The notes beneath the pieces are model-generated. The model ran no database searches, was not told where the DNA came from, and worked only from the letters and a program-made list of their open reading frames with translations. Positions 10,743-23,384 of a DNA stretch of 64,000 nt are shown here, in pieces. This DNA is from Paraphysomonas bandaiensis. Taxonomy: Eukaryota; Protista; Chrysophyceae. Each line of letters starts with the position of its first letter. Position 1 is the first letter of the stretch. The position numbers were made by a program, and so were the translations under genes. The stretch lies in the NCBI GenBank assembly GCA_965644295.1, contig CBFFRP010000400.1:139747-203746 (forward strand). Direction: 5' to 3'.

Positions 10743-13734
10743 ATGTCATATCTCATCATATGCCTCATTGCTATCATATATACAGTCCACTGCACTCATA
10801 ACATATCATGTGATCTCAAACCGTTACATGATAATCATATCTCTGCAGATATATACATTACTACCAATACATGTTCCCTTCAATCATATATTACTACTCG
10901 TGAGATGTTCTCTATACCCAACACACAGGCATGGTCGTACTGTCAGTTCTGTGCATGGAATACAGACTCGTTTGTTATATCTGGAGTGAAATATGAGGAT
11001 ATCACACGTATGCATCTGATGTGGTCTCAATGGGGAGAGTTCTTTCATTCCAAGGCTAATGATCGACTTATTGGAGTTCGTCATCTCAATGAAACTATGG
11101 TTTTGCCTATCGGGACATTATATATTGCAAGCCCCGTATTTTACTTTCCTATAATCACTTTTCATGCCGGTCACATTATTATAGACGTCCTACAGCAGGT
11201 GTACTCATCAATGATTGCTACGTATGGCCGGGTAGTGAAGGGCTGTTTGTTTGTTGTTGATGTTGCCAATGCAGCAGAAATTGAAGTGTTACAACGTAAG
11301 CTGGACAGCTTAATTCATGACGAAGCCAATGATTCGTTTGGTGCTATGCTACGGTGGGTCACTGATGGCAGAGTATATTCTGCTGACACCTTTTTTGGCA
11401 TGATGCGAGATAGATTAGTGGTGTTTGCCGATATTCATTTTGGTGGAGATATTTCTTCATCTTTTTTTAATGCAGGAATGCGTCGACATCCTCTTTTAGC
11501 AAATCTGGAGGATTCTTACACTCGCATGCTTTCCAATAAATATCAGGCCTTTCGGTCGTATGTGCATAATCAGGCGTTAGAATTGACTAGGAATTCAACA
11601 AGTGAAGTGTATTCCAATCGTGGTGGCATGGTCAATGCGCCTCCAGATATTATATTTGTACAACGTAGTGGCTCTAGAGTCATTGTTAATATAGATGAAC
11701 TCACTGCATTGGCTGATAATCTGAACCTTTCGTGGGTATCTTTAGATCTTGCGGTAGTACCTTTTTCTACTCAATTGCAATACTTTCAATCAGCTCGATT
11801 GCTTGTGGCATCTGCTGGTACTGCCACTCATAATATGCTATTTATGAATCCTGGAACTTTCGCCTTGGTCATCATGCAGCCCGAATGGTGTGATTGGTCA
11901 TGGCAATATGCTAACCAGGGAATACTTCTCAATATGACGGTATTTGTACACTGTGAGAGTGGAGTTCATACCAATCAGTTATATCACTGGACAGCAAGGT
12001 ATTGGGAGCAGGGACCACGTATGATGAAGCAGAGTAATGTGTCGATTGATATTGACAGCTTTCATCGTATATTGTCTCGACTATATAAAGTTGATTCGTC
12101 AGATGTCAGTGCTTCTGATCATTCTCCTCAAATTTACTCGTTTGTTACTGCATCTACGGACAACGATGTATCTGTTCGACCATTTTCACCGATACGGAAA
12201 CATATTTCTGGGCGGTTTATTCACACATGTATATCATACTTGAAATATGAGATGGTAGAGCTTGCTGATCGTACATCGGCTTGGAAAGTTTACGTGAATG
12301 GAGAAGTTTTTACAGAGCATTCATCACCAGTTACTATATTTCAATACTTTCCTCATTTTACCGTATGTCTTGCCATATACACAACTTCTGATGAAGACCC
12401 ATCAGTAGTGTGTATTCCTATAAGTACCTTAAACTACTACTCTAATGTTATAGTCACGTCACTTCAAGATGTCATTCGTGTACACAGTTGGGCGCAGTCC
12501 TCTTCTCATGGTGGCAAATTTGATCAGTCAGATTCATATATTGCTGTTGATTTTCGTCTTTCGTCAGATTATTTGGAGAAGTTGACCTTCGGAAATTACA
12601 GTTGCCCGATTCATCTGTCCGAAGAGTTGTCTTTCAACCATTTCCATTACAGCGTTACTGCTTTGACCGGTAGATGCGAATTGCAAACAAGAGTGTGCGA
12701 TTTCTGTCAAAAATACAACTTGGGTTCGGAATCTTGTCTGAATGTAGCAACGCAGATTTCACGATGCCTCTATACCGCTAGTGTTTTACAGGAATCAGGA
12801 CTGCCTGGTGTTCGCCCTCTTCCTTCTCCTCAGAACCCTTTCGTGTTCCTACATATTGACAAAACTGGTGGAACTACACTTCGGGAGTAAGTAGACATTG
12901 ATAGTTATAATGTTTCAGTAACGGACATTGCGCAGTTTTATATACGAGTCCGCTGTACACAATGGCCTGGAGTTTTTTATCCCTACATATGGTGAAGTAG
13001 AAAATACTGTATTTGACCTCCCTAAAGACGATTCGCGCTTGGAATTGTACAATGTCTCTGTATTAGCAGGGCATTTTGCTTGGGATATCTGGCGAGATTT
13101 GCCAAGTTTTGATCCAGATTATTCAGTGGTATCCAACCCACAATGTTTTATTATGGGAAGGAATCCAATCGACCGCATCATTTCGTATTATTATCAACGG
13201 TGCTATCGCGAAGAGGCATGTCGACATTACAAGACGAAGTTTAATGATTTATCTGTGGACGAATTAAGTGACTTATTGCATCATTTCCGACAAGGCTTAT
13301 TGATGAAAGATGGGCGAACTGTTGTTGTTGTTGATGAAGGAATGGAGGACGCTGCTTGTAGAACTCTTCTTAACAAAAGAACTACAACAGGTCAAATAAT
13401 TACTGAGAATTTTGAGCTCCCGTTCCCCCTTGAAGATGAGGATTCCGAACGAGCAGTGCAAAATTGTAATAAATGCGTTGTTGGGTTGCAAGAAGACTGG
13501 ACTAATACTAAATATGTCCTGCGGTTTTGGTTTCCTTGGATTACCATCACTGAAGACAAATATAAAATGAAATTATTTAGTGACAAAGAAAATTCCGAGA
13601 CGGTCCGTAGTGAGCTAAAAGCTGTGATAATAGATGCCAATAAATGCGATATGAAGCTGTACGAACGAATGCAAGAAAATTTCAGGTTACAGCTGGAGGC
13701 AATGCGACACAGTGCGAGTGCGTTTATAAATTAG
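10743..13734 (+). CDS. Secreted/Golgi glycosyltransferase family 61-like + sulfotransferase fusion protein (2 exons; intron 12887-12935)
   Basis: Hydrophobic N-terminus. GT61-like motifs FHAGHIIID, IFVQRSGSRVIVN, FSTQLQYFQSARLLVASAGTATHNMLFM. PAPS-binding FLHIDKTGGTTLR and RNPIDRIISYYY. The GTAAGT..CAG intron joins the two ORFs in frame (R-D-F-I-Y). Confidence 0.8.
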
Positions 13735-15268
13735 ATTGTTTGCTTCGTTATTGTATATTATTTTAAACTAAATTAAAACGTTGTGTACATCGCTTTTTTG
13801 TAATATTTTCAAAATAAGTTGAAGGAGCTAATTACATATTAAGTGTTCTTCTATAGAAGAAATGAAAATAATAATAACGTTTCACGACAAAGAATGGATC
13901 AATGTTATGCACGGTCATTGACTCCTTTTCCATGTTAATTTCTTCAAGGGTATGAAGGTGAATAAGTATGACGAGTACGATAGTAATTCTTGGGGCATGC
14001 GGTGAACCATATATTCTTAATTCATACTGTTGTTGTATCTTCAATGAGACACCCGTTGTATCCGTATACGTTATGCCATGTAAACATGAATATAGTTTCA
14101 TAAAAATGGCGCGTATGGTAATGAAACACCATCAGATTATTATATAAAATTTATACAATAAAATAAAATTACACACACACGCGAGTGACTTGCGATCGTT
14201 TAGTTCAGCTCAATCATATACTATTCCGTATAACATTGTGAACATCTGTTTAACATCCTATCTGTATTATTCTCTGTGTAGTGATGGTTTACGTTTACTG
14301 TAAAAGATTCGCTATATATATTACGAAGTTTATCAGAATGTTGGGACCCAAGTCATTATAGGACACACGAGAAGATTAGCCGTGTCGGCGGAGTCCTAGA
14401 GTAGTATGCTGATCTCAACCGTCCTAGTGACGATGCACTGTCTAGGCTCCTCGACTACAGAGATATCATTGTGACATTCACTTTATCAATTCGAAACAGA
14501 AACCAAAACCCTTACCTTTTGTCGGCCTCATGACCGAGAACAGTACACGCTCTTGCCTAGTATCCTGGAAACATTTACCCGCATGGCACTCCAAAGTAAT
14601 AGAGACCAGGTCAGAGTCAGATCTTAAGTGACATTGATGTATGGTAACATCTACACTTGTATGGATCCTTGTACGTGCATAAAGTGTTGTATGGAAACTG
14701 CATCTGTGTATTGTGTACGCATATATTCAATTAACTTTATTGCTTAATGTGCTATACAGTCTTATTTTGAATGTATCTTGGTCTCTCTAATGTGTGATTA
14801 GTCATAGCAATAGTTATACATCTAGTTATAGAATGGACAACAATTGGACACAAGGATTGCTATTCACATATATGGATGTAGAGCAACATAGCATACATAT
14901 ACAGCAACTCTGGATACAAGTATTTAGCAGAATGTTGTTTTATCTGCTGGAAAAACCTATTTTTGACACCTTGATTTGTCAAAATCGTAATTTTTAACTG
15001 AAAATTCAATCCATTTTTCCCGTTTTATTCTATATATCCCGATATACTGCATATGTAGTGTACTGTGCTGTACATATAGGAAATTGTTATATACAGCAGT
15101 ATACAGCAGCAGTATATCAAGCCAAGTGTAGTGTGATGCATATACATACATATACATGCAGAGTGTGGTGTTGTTGTGTTATCAACATTGATAGTATCTA
15201 TACATCTACATACAGCAGAATTCAATAGACCACAATCAATACTATTACCACCTACATATACACACCTA

Positions 15269-16842
15269 ATGAAATCTATATATAACAAGCTCCTCTATCC
15301 ACTGTATGCCATATGTGGTTTAGGCATATGTTGGTATGCTGGTTTTTTAAGAGGACAACCAAAAAACAAAAAATGGATAAAATCTCCAGTTTTTTTACTA
15401 TCGATACGTTTATATATATACTCACTAATATATTTACCAATCCAAAAATATTCCCCATGTTTATCATATATGAGTTTATTATATCTATTATCTTATATAG
15501 ATCTATCTGAATATACAGGAGGTAGAGAGAGAGATTGGTTAAGGAAAGGGAAAATCATCAAATCAATGAAGAAATATTTTGCAACTGAATTAGTATCTAC
15601 TACTGAGATATCAACTGGACCCTGTATACTAGCTATGCATGTATGTGTATCTACTGGACCCTGTATACTAGCTATGCATGTATGTGTATCTACTGGACCC
15701 TGTATACTAGCTATGCATGTATGTGTATCTACTGGACCCTGTATACTAGCTATGCATGTATGTGTATCTGCTGGACCCTGTATACTAGCTATGCATGTAT
15801 GTGTATCTACTGGACCTTGTATACTAGCTATGCATGTATGTGTATCTACTGGACCCTGTATACTAGCTATGCATGTATGTGTATCTGCTGGACCCTGTAT
15901 ACTAGCTATGCATGTATGTGTATCTGCTGGACCCTGTATACTAGTCATGCATAAATATATATGTATATTAGCTATATATGTATGATAATATATTATATAT
16001 TTTATTTTAATTTATACTTTTTTTGAATGCAGCCTCATGGAGTTCTTCCTCTAGGATCTCTAATAAACATTGCAACTGAAGCCTCAGACTTCAGTAATCG
16101 ATTCCCAGCACTCGCTAATCGAGCTACAATTGCTGCTACCGGTACATGTGGTCTCGTATTGTGTTTGAATTCTATAGAAATCTTTATTGTGTATTATATA
16201 TTCTCGTGAGTAACGAAGAATCACAGGGTGCTTCCTGATTCCTTTCTATCGTGATCTCATTCTTGCTGGGGGTGTGGTAGATTGCTCTCGATTCAGTGTT
16301 GAACAGATGATTCAAAATAAAAAAACGGTATGCGTATATCCCGGAGGGACTCAGGAGGCACTCTACGCCAATCCAGACACTGAAACCCTCGATCTATTGC
16401 GCAAGAGGGGCTTCTTAGAGTTATGTATGAAATATGACATACCTGTGGTTCCGTGCTATACATTCAATGAGGTTGATCACTTTTCACAGGTATCTTTTAT
16501 TAGGAATAATGCGATGATATCAGAGTAATGGATACATAGGTCCCCTATGCTGACTTGCAGAAAAAACACCCCATGATAATGCGATTCCGCGTCAACTTTC
16601 AACTGTTGACAGGTGTGATGATGCCTTTTCTAAAACATTTATTTCCTAGGACACCGAGAAGCAGTGGTAATAAACTGGTTACTGTTGTCGGAAGTCCCTT
16701 AAAACTGAGGCACGTCGAAAATCCGAGCGAAGCTGATTTGGATCAGAGCATGCAGGAATATATAGCTGCATTACGGAAGTTGTACGATACGTATGCCCCA
16801 ATATACAGCAGTAATAAGTCAAGAAAGCTGATAATTGTATAA
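15269..16842 (+). CDS. DGAT2: Diacylglycerol/monoacylglycerol acyltransferase (DAGAT/DGAT2 family), 4 exons
   Basis: H|PHG motif rebuilt across intron 1 (acceptor 16032). Motifs PFYRD, VYPGGTQEAL, RKRGFLEL, PVVPCYTFNE, VVGSP. Confidence 0.88.
15611..15952 (+). repeat. 39-bp tandem minisatellite (8 full + 1 partial unit) spanning the exon 1/intron 1 boundary of the DGAT2-like gene
   Basis: Unit TCT(A/G)CTGGACCCTGTATACTAGCTATGCATGTATGTGTA = STGPCILAMHVCV. Confidence 0.97.
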
Positions 16843-17469
16843 CGTTTTGTACGCTATTACTTATATATGTTTCGTGTGGTGTGATTTCATGCCTTTGCTA
16901 TGCCGTGTCTAGGTTTTACCATTGTAATACATTTATTGGTGAAGCTGATACTGTGATGACTGTATAAGATCGTGACCGTTTAAGATTATAATTTCCTGGT
17001 TGGCTGAAGTTAGGTTTTATAAATGCAGTCAGTTTCAAGTTTCAATGAATGATATGAAATCTTTGTCACAATTTTATATGAAATCAAGAGGAGTTGGTCA
17101 GTGAAGTGTAATAAAGCATAAATACGTACGCTATTGGTAAGTGTTACCAAACTACCACAATTATTATTTAGAATAGATAACTTGGCTGAACGCGTAAAGA
17201 GACCTTTACCACGGCAAACCTCTCATTCAGTATCCTGTCGCTTTTCACATAAACACATGAATAAGAAATCAGGTGTATAAAACAGTGTGTAAATGTAAAT
17301 ATCCACAGTATACTCGTGCTACAAATCTATAAAATCCCACTCTATTGGACATATATTGGCGAGTTCAACAAAATCAAAATCACAAACAATATTTAAGTAT
17401 CATCTGATATCTCCTCCGTAGTGAGTTCGACAATTGTTCCTTTTAACTTTTCATACTGAACTGCAGCTT

Positions 17470-19331
17470 TCATACAGTTCTGCGACATATTTCCTAATAA
17501 CATTATTAACACTATACCAAAAAAATAAAAGAACGGAGTTACCATTTACAGTTGCCAATCGTTGGTAGTATGTCGGCCCAAGGAGCATGTTTTTGTACTG
17601 AAGATACAATTGTTACCATGGTATGAACATGGAATGGCATGCTCAGAACTTACTTCTTCGAATGTAATAATTTTCATGTTTATTTCGCGAAACATCTCCT
17701 CTACATCTGACTTATTTGCTTCACATCCCAACAGACATTGAAGTGAATCGGGAGTAATGAAGTCAGAATACCGTGATAGGACCATGAACGCGGCACGAAG
17801 ACAATTAGATGGTATAATATCCACTCTTATAGAAAGTGCAGCAAACTCTCTGAAGCTAAATGACGATTTAGAAAGCTTTTGTAATTCCTCGAGAGCAGAC
17901 TGAAGCACAGTATCCTCAACAAAATGCATTCTTTGAAACTCCCTCTGAATATCCTGCATATGAACTTGCCCTCTATGGCCTGCATCTAATCGATCAAACA
18001 GTTCACGGCTACCGCTCAGTTGTTCAGGAGAGAGGACGTAGACCAAAGTCCGCAAAAATATCTGAGTAATAACTTTTCTTTGGCCATAGTTCCCAACGTT
18101 ATGTACAAACTCAACCCACAATTCGTCAGCAAGGGTTTTTTCCTGATATTCAGAAAGCCATGGATGGTCTGATAACCCTTCCGCGCTCGGTCGGCTATCT
18201 GGCGATCGCTGTAAACATGCTGATATAAAGGCCATGGCTTGTTCACTTACGCCATCAAAATACTCCACAGGAAAGTTGAAATCGCACTGTAATATAGCCT
18301 GGATAGCTTGTGCATCAGTGGAACGTTGGAAAGGTCGTGCTCCTGCTAATAGAGTGTATGCCATGACACCCAGGGCCCATACGTCGCTGTGAAATGTGGC
18401 TCTTCCACCAGACAGAAGCTCTGGCGAAGCGTAGTGAACACTTCCTTTCCGTGCACGTCCTGCAGATTCGTCGCTAACAAACCGACACAGTCCAAAATCA
18501 ATCAACACAAGTCCAGCATTTCGTTTAAGAGATTCGTACAAGACATTCTCGAGTTTCAAATCTCCATGTGCGATCCCATGTGAATGCGTATATGCCACTG
18601 CTCCAGTAAGTGTGGCCATCACACGACGGACGAAGCTCTCACTATACTTTCGGCCGACTTCGCACTGAGTCTTAAGGTCTTCGAACAACTCTCCTGCGAT
18701 TAAAAAGATTAACAATCCGCTAATGACACTATATTCAAATACTGCCGTTCAGATTAGCACTAAGCAGTACGGAAATATATACGGACACCACATGCATCTA
18801 TACTATCATTTTCACATCTCATGCGCCTTACCTCCCTCACAAATAGGAAAGACTATATATATTGCATCATAACACTCGTATACTTCATACGGGCGTAAGA
18901 TTGCAGGATGGTCCAGAAGTAGTGCGGCCCTAACTTCACACCGAAGCACATCGATATCCACGTCTGACCACACACCAGTCTTCTTCACAGATTTCAATGC
19001 ATACTCCACACCAGTCTATTAAACACACAAACATATCACTATAATATAATTACAATCATAACAATCTACCTGACGATTGGTACACATTACAATATCTCCC
19101 GTAGCACCATGACCCAAAACACATTCTTGATGTATATCATATGATTGATTAATATCTACAATACATATATTATCATATGACAATATACATACTTATATAT
19201 ATACATTTTTCATATTCTTTTAATACAGAATTTTCTCGTAATCGACGTTTACATTGAAGTTGAAGTTCTTTATACTTCAAATATCTTCCATCATATGCAG
19301 TTAGTTTAGATTTACATAAATTAGCCCCCAT
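17470..19331 (-). CDS. Calcium-dependent protein kinase-like (CDPK), multi-exon; 3' end uncertain
   Basis: Start MGANLCK at 19331. Kinase motifs LGHGATG, YALKS, HGDLKLEN, DFG, SPE, DVWALG, followed by a junction region and degenerate EF-hand-like region. Confidence 0.85.
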
Positions 19332-19946
19332 ATTTGATAAATAGTATGTTTATATGATGATAAGCGGGTGGTAAGGTGGGTGAGAGCTATAGAAGGATAT
19401 ATAGGACATAATTATATATATAGAGGGTATTATGAATGTTTAATGGGTTTAGATACTAGAGATTAGTATGGGAATGGATTGTTTATGAGCATATGATAGA
19501 TGGTTATGTAATGATCAAGCTATTAGGTGTGGTTTGTAATGTATGAGTATGATCAGTGCTTATCTATCTATGCATATGTACTTGTATATATCGCTATACA
19601 ACAGTACATATATATGGTATATAATACAACAGTATGTACAGTTGGATGTGTACTGATGTACTGCTGTACTTGCACTTGAATTTGGAGTTGATGGCTATGC
19701 AGTGAATTATGATGCACGTGGTGCGTATGAAAATATCATAGAAATTCTTATACATAGACAGTTTCATATATAACGTACTGTAGTACTTATCTACCTTCTC
19801 TGTACGTACCCTACCCACATATACTAGAACTTCATATCGAATATGTACTCATTTACATCCTTCTCTGTATCGAAGTACACTTACACCATTCCTCATATCT
19901 AAACCACATACTACAACAGTGGCTGTCGCTACGAAGATATGTATAT

Positions 19947-20080
19947 TGGCATCCTTTGTATATTTTTGTTCAAAGATGCCTCTAATATTGAGACAATAAT
20001 TATCTGTATACCAGCCGTAGTTGTATTGAAGTAATATAGAATATTTTTGCTTCAATTTATTTCCGAAAACATATGATGCG
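19947..20080 (+). mobile_element. ~150-bp MITE family A, copy 1 (ends degraded)
   Basis: Core TTTGTTCAAAGATGCCTCTAATATTGAG..AGCCGTAGTTGTA..TTTCCGAAAA shared with 4 other copies. Confidence 0.8.
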
Positions 20081-20394
20081 ATCATGGGATGATCATCCAT
20101 CATATCCACATACATCTACCTCATATTACAATCCATACATATAATCTAGATATCATACTTACATTCATAAGCCTTCTATTATCAATTAATTCTATTAAAT
20201 AATGACTGATTATTCTTATATTATTTGTCAAATGTGTCAATATATGACATATTTCACGAATAATTATATATATATACCACTACCAGACGATCATTACAAT
20301 ACATCCCTCATATACCCCTTATAGACCTCTCATACATCTCTAATTGAATCATAATATCCCTCATATATCCCTGATATATCCCTGATATTATCAC

Positions 20395-21799
20395 ATGATA
20401 CATTTTACTCTATTTACATTCATGATCTATACATTATCCTCGACATGTCTGTGTATGTATGGGGTTGATGTATCTTATCCCATTCACCACAGCTTTCAGG
20501 ATATTGAAATGAAAAGTAATTCTATTGCAGTAAGAAAGAATTTATTCTGTTAGTTTATTTTATGTATATGATGATGTTTTAGGTTCAGAGATATCGTGAT
20601 ATGATACAAGGGTGTTATGATCGATACTCTGTTGCACATTGTGAGGCTGGAGAGAAAGATCGAATAGAAATGAATCTCATACAGCCTGGAGCACAGAAAA
20701 ACTTTACATCTCTTGGATTTGGAAAATCTCGTGTGCCCCTTAAATTAATGAAAGATATCAAGGAAACTTATACTCGCGGCACGAAAATCATGGAGCAATG
20801 GGAGAAGGCCAGCATATATACCAACCACTGGAGTCATCCATCTCACATTGTACATCTCAACACGACAATGGAACATCGTATTGCTGAAGGGGTGCGACCC
20901 ATTCTTGAAGCATGGATAGGTCGCTCTCTGTCATTGACGTCGGTGTATGGGATTCGCGTTTATTCTCATGGGTCGATCTTAGCCCCTCACGTCGATCGCT
21001 TGCCTCTCATCACAAGCTGCATCATCAATGTAGACCAAGACGTACATGAGCCATGGGCTTTAGAAGTTTATGACCACTTTGGGATAGCGCATAATATTAC
21101 TATAGAACCTGGTGAAATGATTCTATATGAGGTATGTGAGTTAATCTACTCCTAAATACATAACAATCGGCAGAGTCACAGTGTTATTCATGGGCGCCCA
21201 GTGCCCCTGAATGGTTCTTTGTATGCAAATGTATTTGTTCATTTTTTTCCGGTGGATTATGAACCGGCTGAACACTTGGAGGATGATAGATTCAATTTTC
21301 ATCCGGTAGATACAGAAGATCTACAGAGCAATGACGATGAAGGTAGTAACATTCTTTACTATATACTTTTCAACTGAAGTAAGAGCATATTGCTTTGTAT
21401 ATTTACAGACGACTTTAATACGCTTGCAATTCATACTGCGGCAGCACAAGGGAAATTATCAACGCTTCGTAAACTTCTTGAAATTCCTGGATCTCTTGAC
21501 TTACTGGAGGAGAGAGATGAAAATGGATGGCAGCCACTACATGAAGGTGTGAGATCAGGGATGGTCGACGTAGTGCAGTATCTCGTAAATCAAGGTATAT
21601 AGTCATTCTCGATCGTGTCAAAATTTGCTCTATCACTTTGAAGTTATTATTTGTACATTCAGGAGCAGATATCGGGAGCACGACGTATGGGGGAGGGTCT
21701 CCTCTCTGGTGGGCTAAGCAGTTACTTCACGAAAGTAGCAGTGTAATCTCTTTTCTGAACAGTATAGGAGCACCAGACACAACTGACGAAGAACTTTAA
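20395..21799 (+). CDS. Secreted/ER 2OG-Fe(II) oxygenase-like protein with C-terminal ankyrin repeats, multi-exon
   Basis: Signal peptide. YGIRVY..LAPHVDR (HxD) and distal HGRP. Ankyrin motifs IHTAAAQG and GWQPLHEG. Ends DEEL*. Confidence 0.8.
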
Positions 21800-22478
21800 A
21801 GAGTGATTCTACGGCGTACTAATGCTTATATATTTCTTTTTTTCCGCCTTTGTTTCATGATTACGTAGAAATATATTCATCATTATATTTTATTTGCTTA
21901 GTGACTTACAGTCTGGCATTGCTGCCATATGGCAATATTGTTGTAGGGGAGATATTCATTATCGCAGTGTTGCAGTTTTCTATCCACATAATAATACATT
22001 CTGCATACGTTCCATGCATTTTAAATACCTATGTACAGTAGTTTTCAGAGTGCTGAAAGAGTAATCTACTAAAACAAGGAATGAGTTGCCCGGTTAGAAT
22101 AACATAAAAAATACTTTTAATATATTCTTACTGCGTGATATATTTCGCCTTCCTACTGATTTTGTGTTTAAAATCATTTCATTCTTAAAGACACGCTTAA
22201 GGACTTCTGCTTTGTGCATCTACACGCATTTCATCAAAAACGAAAGGCCCATATTATGATATACCGCGTGCCTTCTGTTATGATGGGATAGTTATAAAGT
22301 GTAGTATTGTTCAGGAAACTCTTCGACTGTATATTTCATTTCTCTGAGCTTGGATTCTAATGTGTCACAAACAGAATACTGTGTGCAGAAATGACACTCA
22401 ATCGTAGCAATCTTAAAGCAATAATATCTGCTATCAAACTATCTCTAATAGTCTCAGTAATACTACTATAGCTGCTCT

Positions 22479-22610
22479 GGGAGAACAGGCGTGTCTTGTC
22501 ACATGAATACATGAATACTGTTACGCTACGTCTAAGCCTACTGGAGTGTACTTAATATCGTTTGACACGCATCATTAAGTATTCGAGTGTCAAGACACAG
22601 CTGTTCTCCC
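22479..22610. mobile_element. Small MITE-like element with ~32-bp imperfect terminal inverted repeats
   Basis: GGGAGAACAGGCGTGTCTTGTCACATGAATAC vs reverse complement of the right end GGGAGAACAGCTGTGTCTTGACACTCGAATAC (27/32). Confidence 0.6.
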
Positions 22611-23009
22611 TAAACAAGCATATTATTGCTGTTTTGAGAGGGACTTGTTGAACCGTTAAGTTGCATTTGTACTGTACTGTACTGTATGTTCACACTGTTG
22701 CTGGACATTGCTGTCCTGATAGTATGAAAGGATGGTATAGTGCTGTTGTGCTGCATACACAGCAATAGATGGATATCAATTGTTGATAGATATCTGGATA
22801 TGCATTGTTGTGTGGTGTATCCAGCAATGGATGGGAATGAACTGTTGATACTTTATAGATATGGATATCTAGATATGCACATTCATGGATATCTACAGTA
22901 TTTATACATGTACATGGATTTCTACATAAATTGTGGATTTTATGCACAAACTGGGGGTTTATTCTATTTATGCCAAAAGGCTCGTAATACATCAACGTAT
23001 TACGTATAC

Positions 23010-23158
23010 ATCGGCAGTCAGCATCATATTTTTTCGGAAATAAATTGTAGCAAAAATTGTCTATATGTCTATATATATTCAACTACGGCTTGAATACAGA
23101 TAATTGTTGTCTCAATATTAGAGGCATCTCTGAACAAAAATATTCAAAGGATGCTGAT
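23010..23158 (-). mobile_element. MITE family A, copy 2
   Basis: Reverse-complement match to the family core (CTCAATATTAGAGGCATC..GAACAAAAA). Confidence 0.8.
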
Positions 23159-23384
23159 TCAACAACGAAGTAGCTGTGAGCCACATACACACTCTGTGTA
23201 TATAGTACATACATCCAGATTGTATACATAATCTACAGACTATGTCTGTGTGCATGTATGTATATGTATGTATATGTACATGTATGCATAGTGCATATCT
23301 GCCACAGATACACACACATACATATACATATACATACATACCCTCCTTATTATTTAAATAACCCAACAAACTTCTCCCTATAGA

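Noticed and set aside
14380-14630. GC-richer patch in an AT-rich intergenic region
   Set aside because: No ORF, repeat partner or structure that I could support.
15611-15952. CRISPR-like regular repeat
   Set aside because: Head-to-tail units with no unique spacers, no cas genes, eukaryotic intron context.
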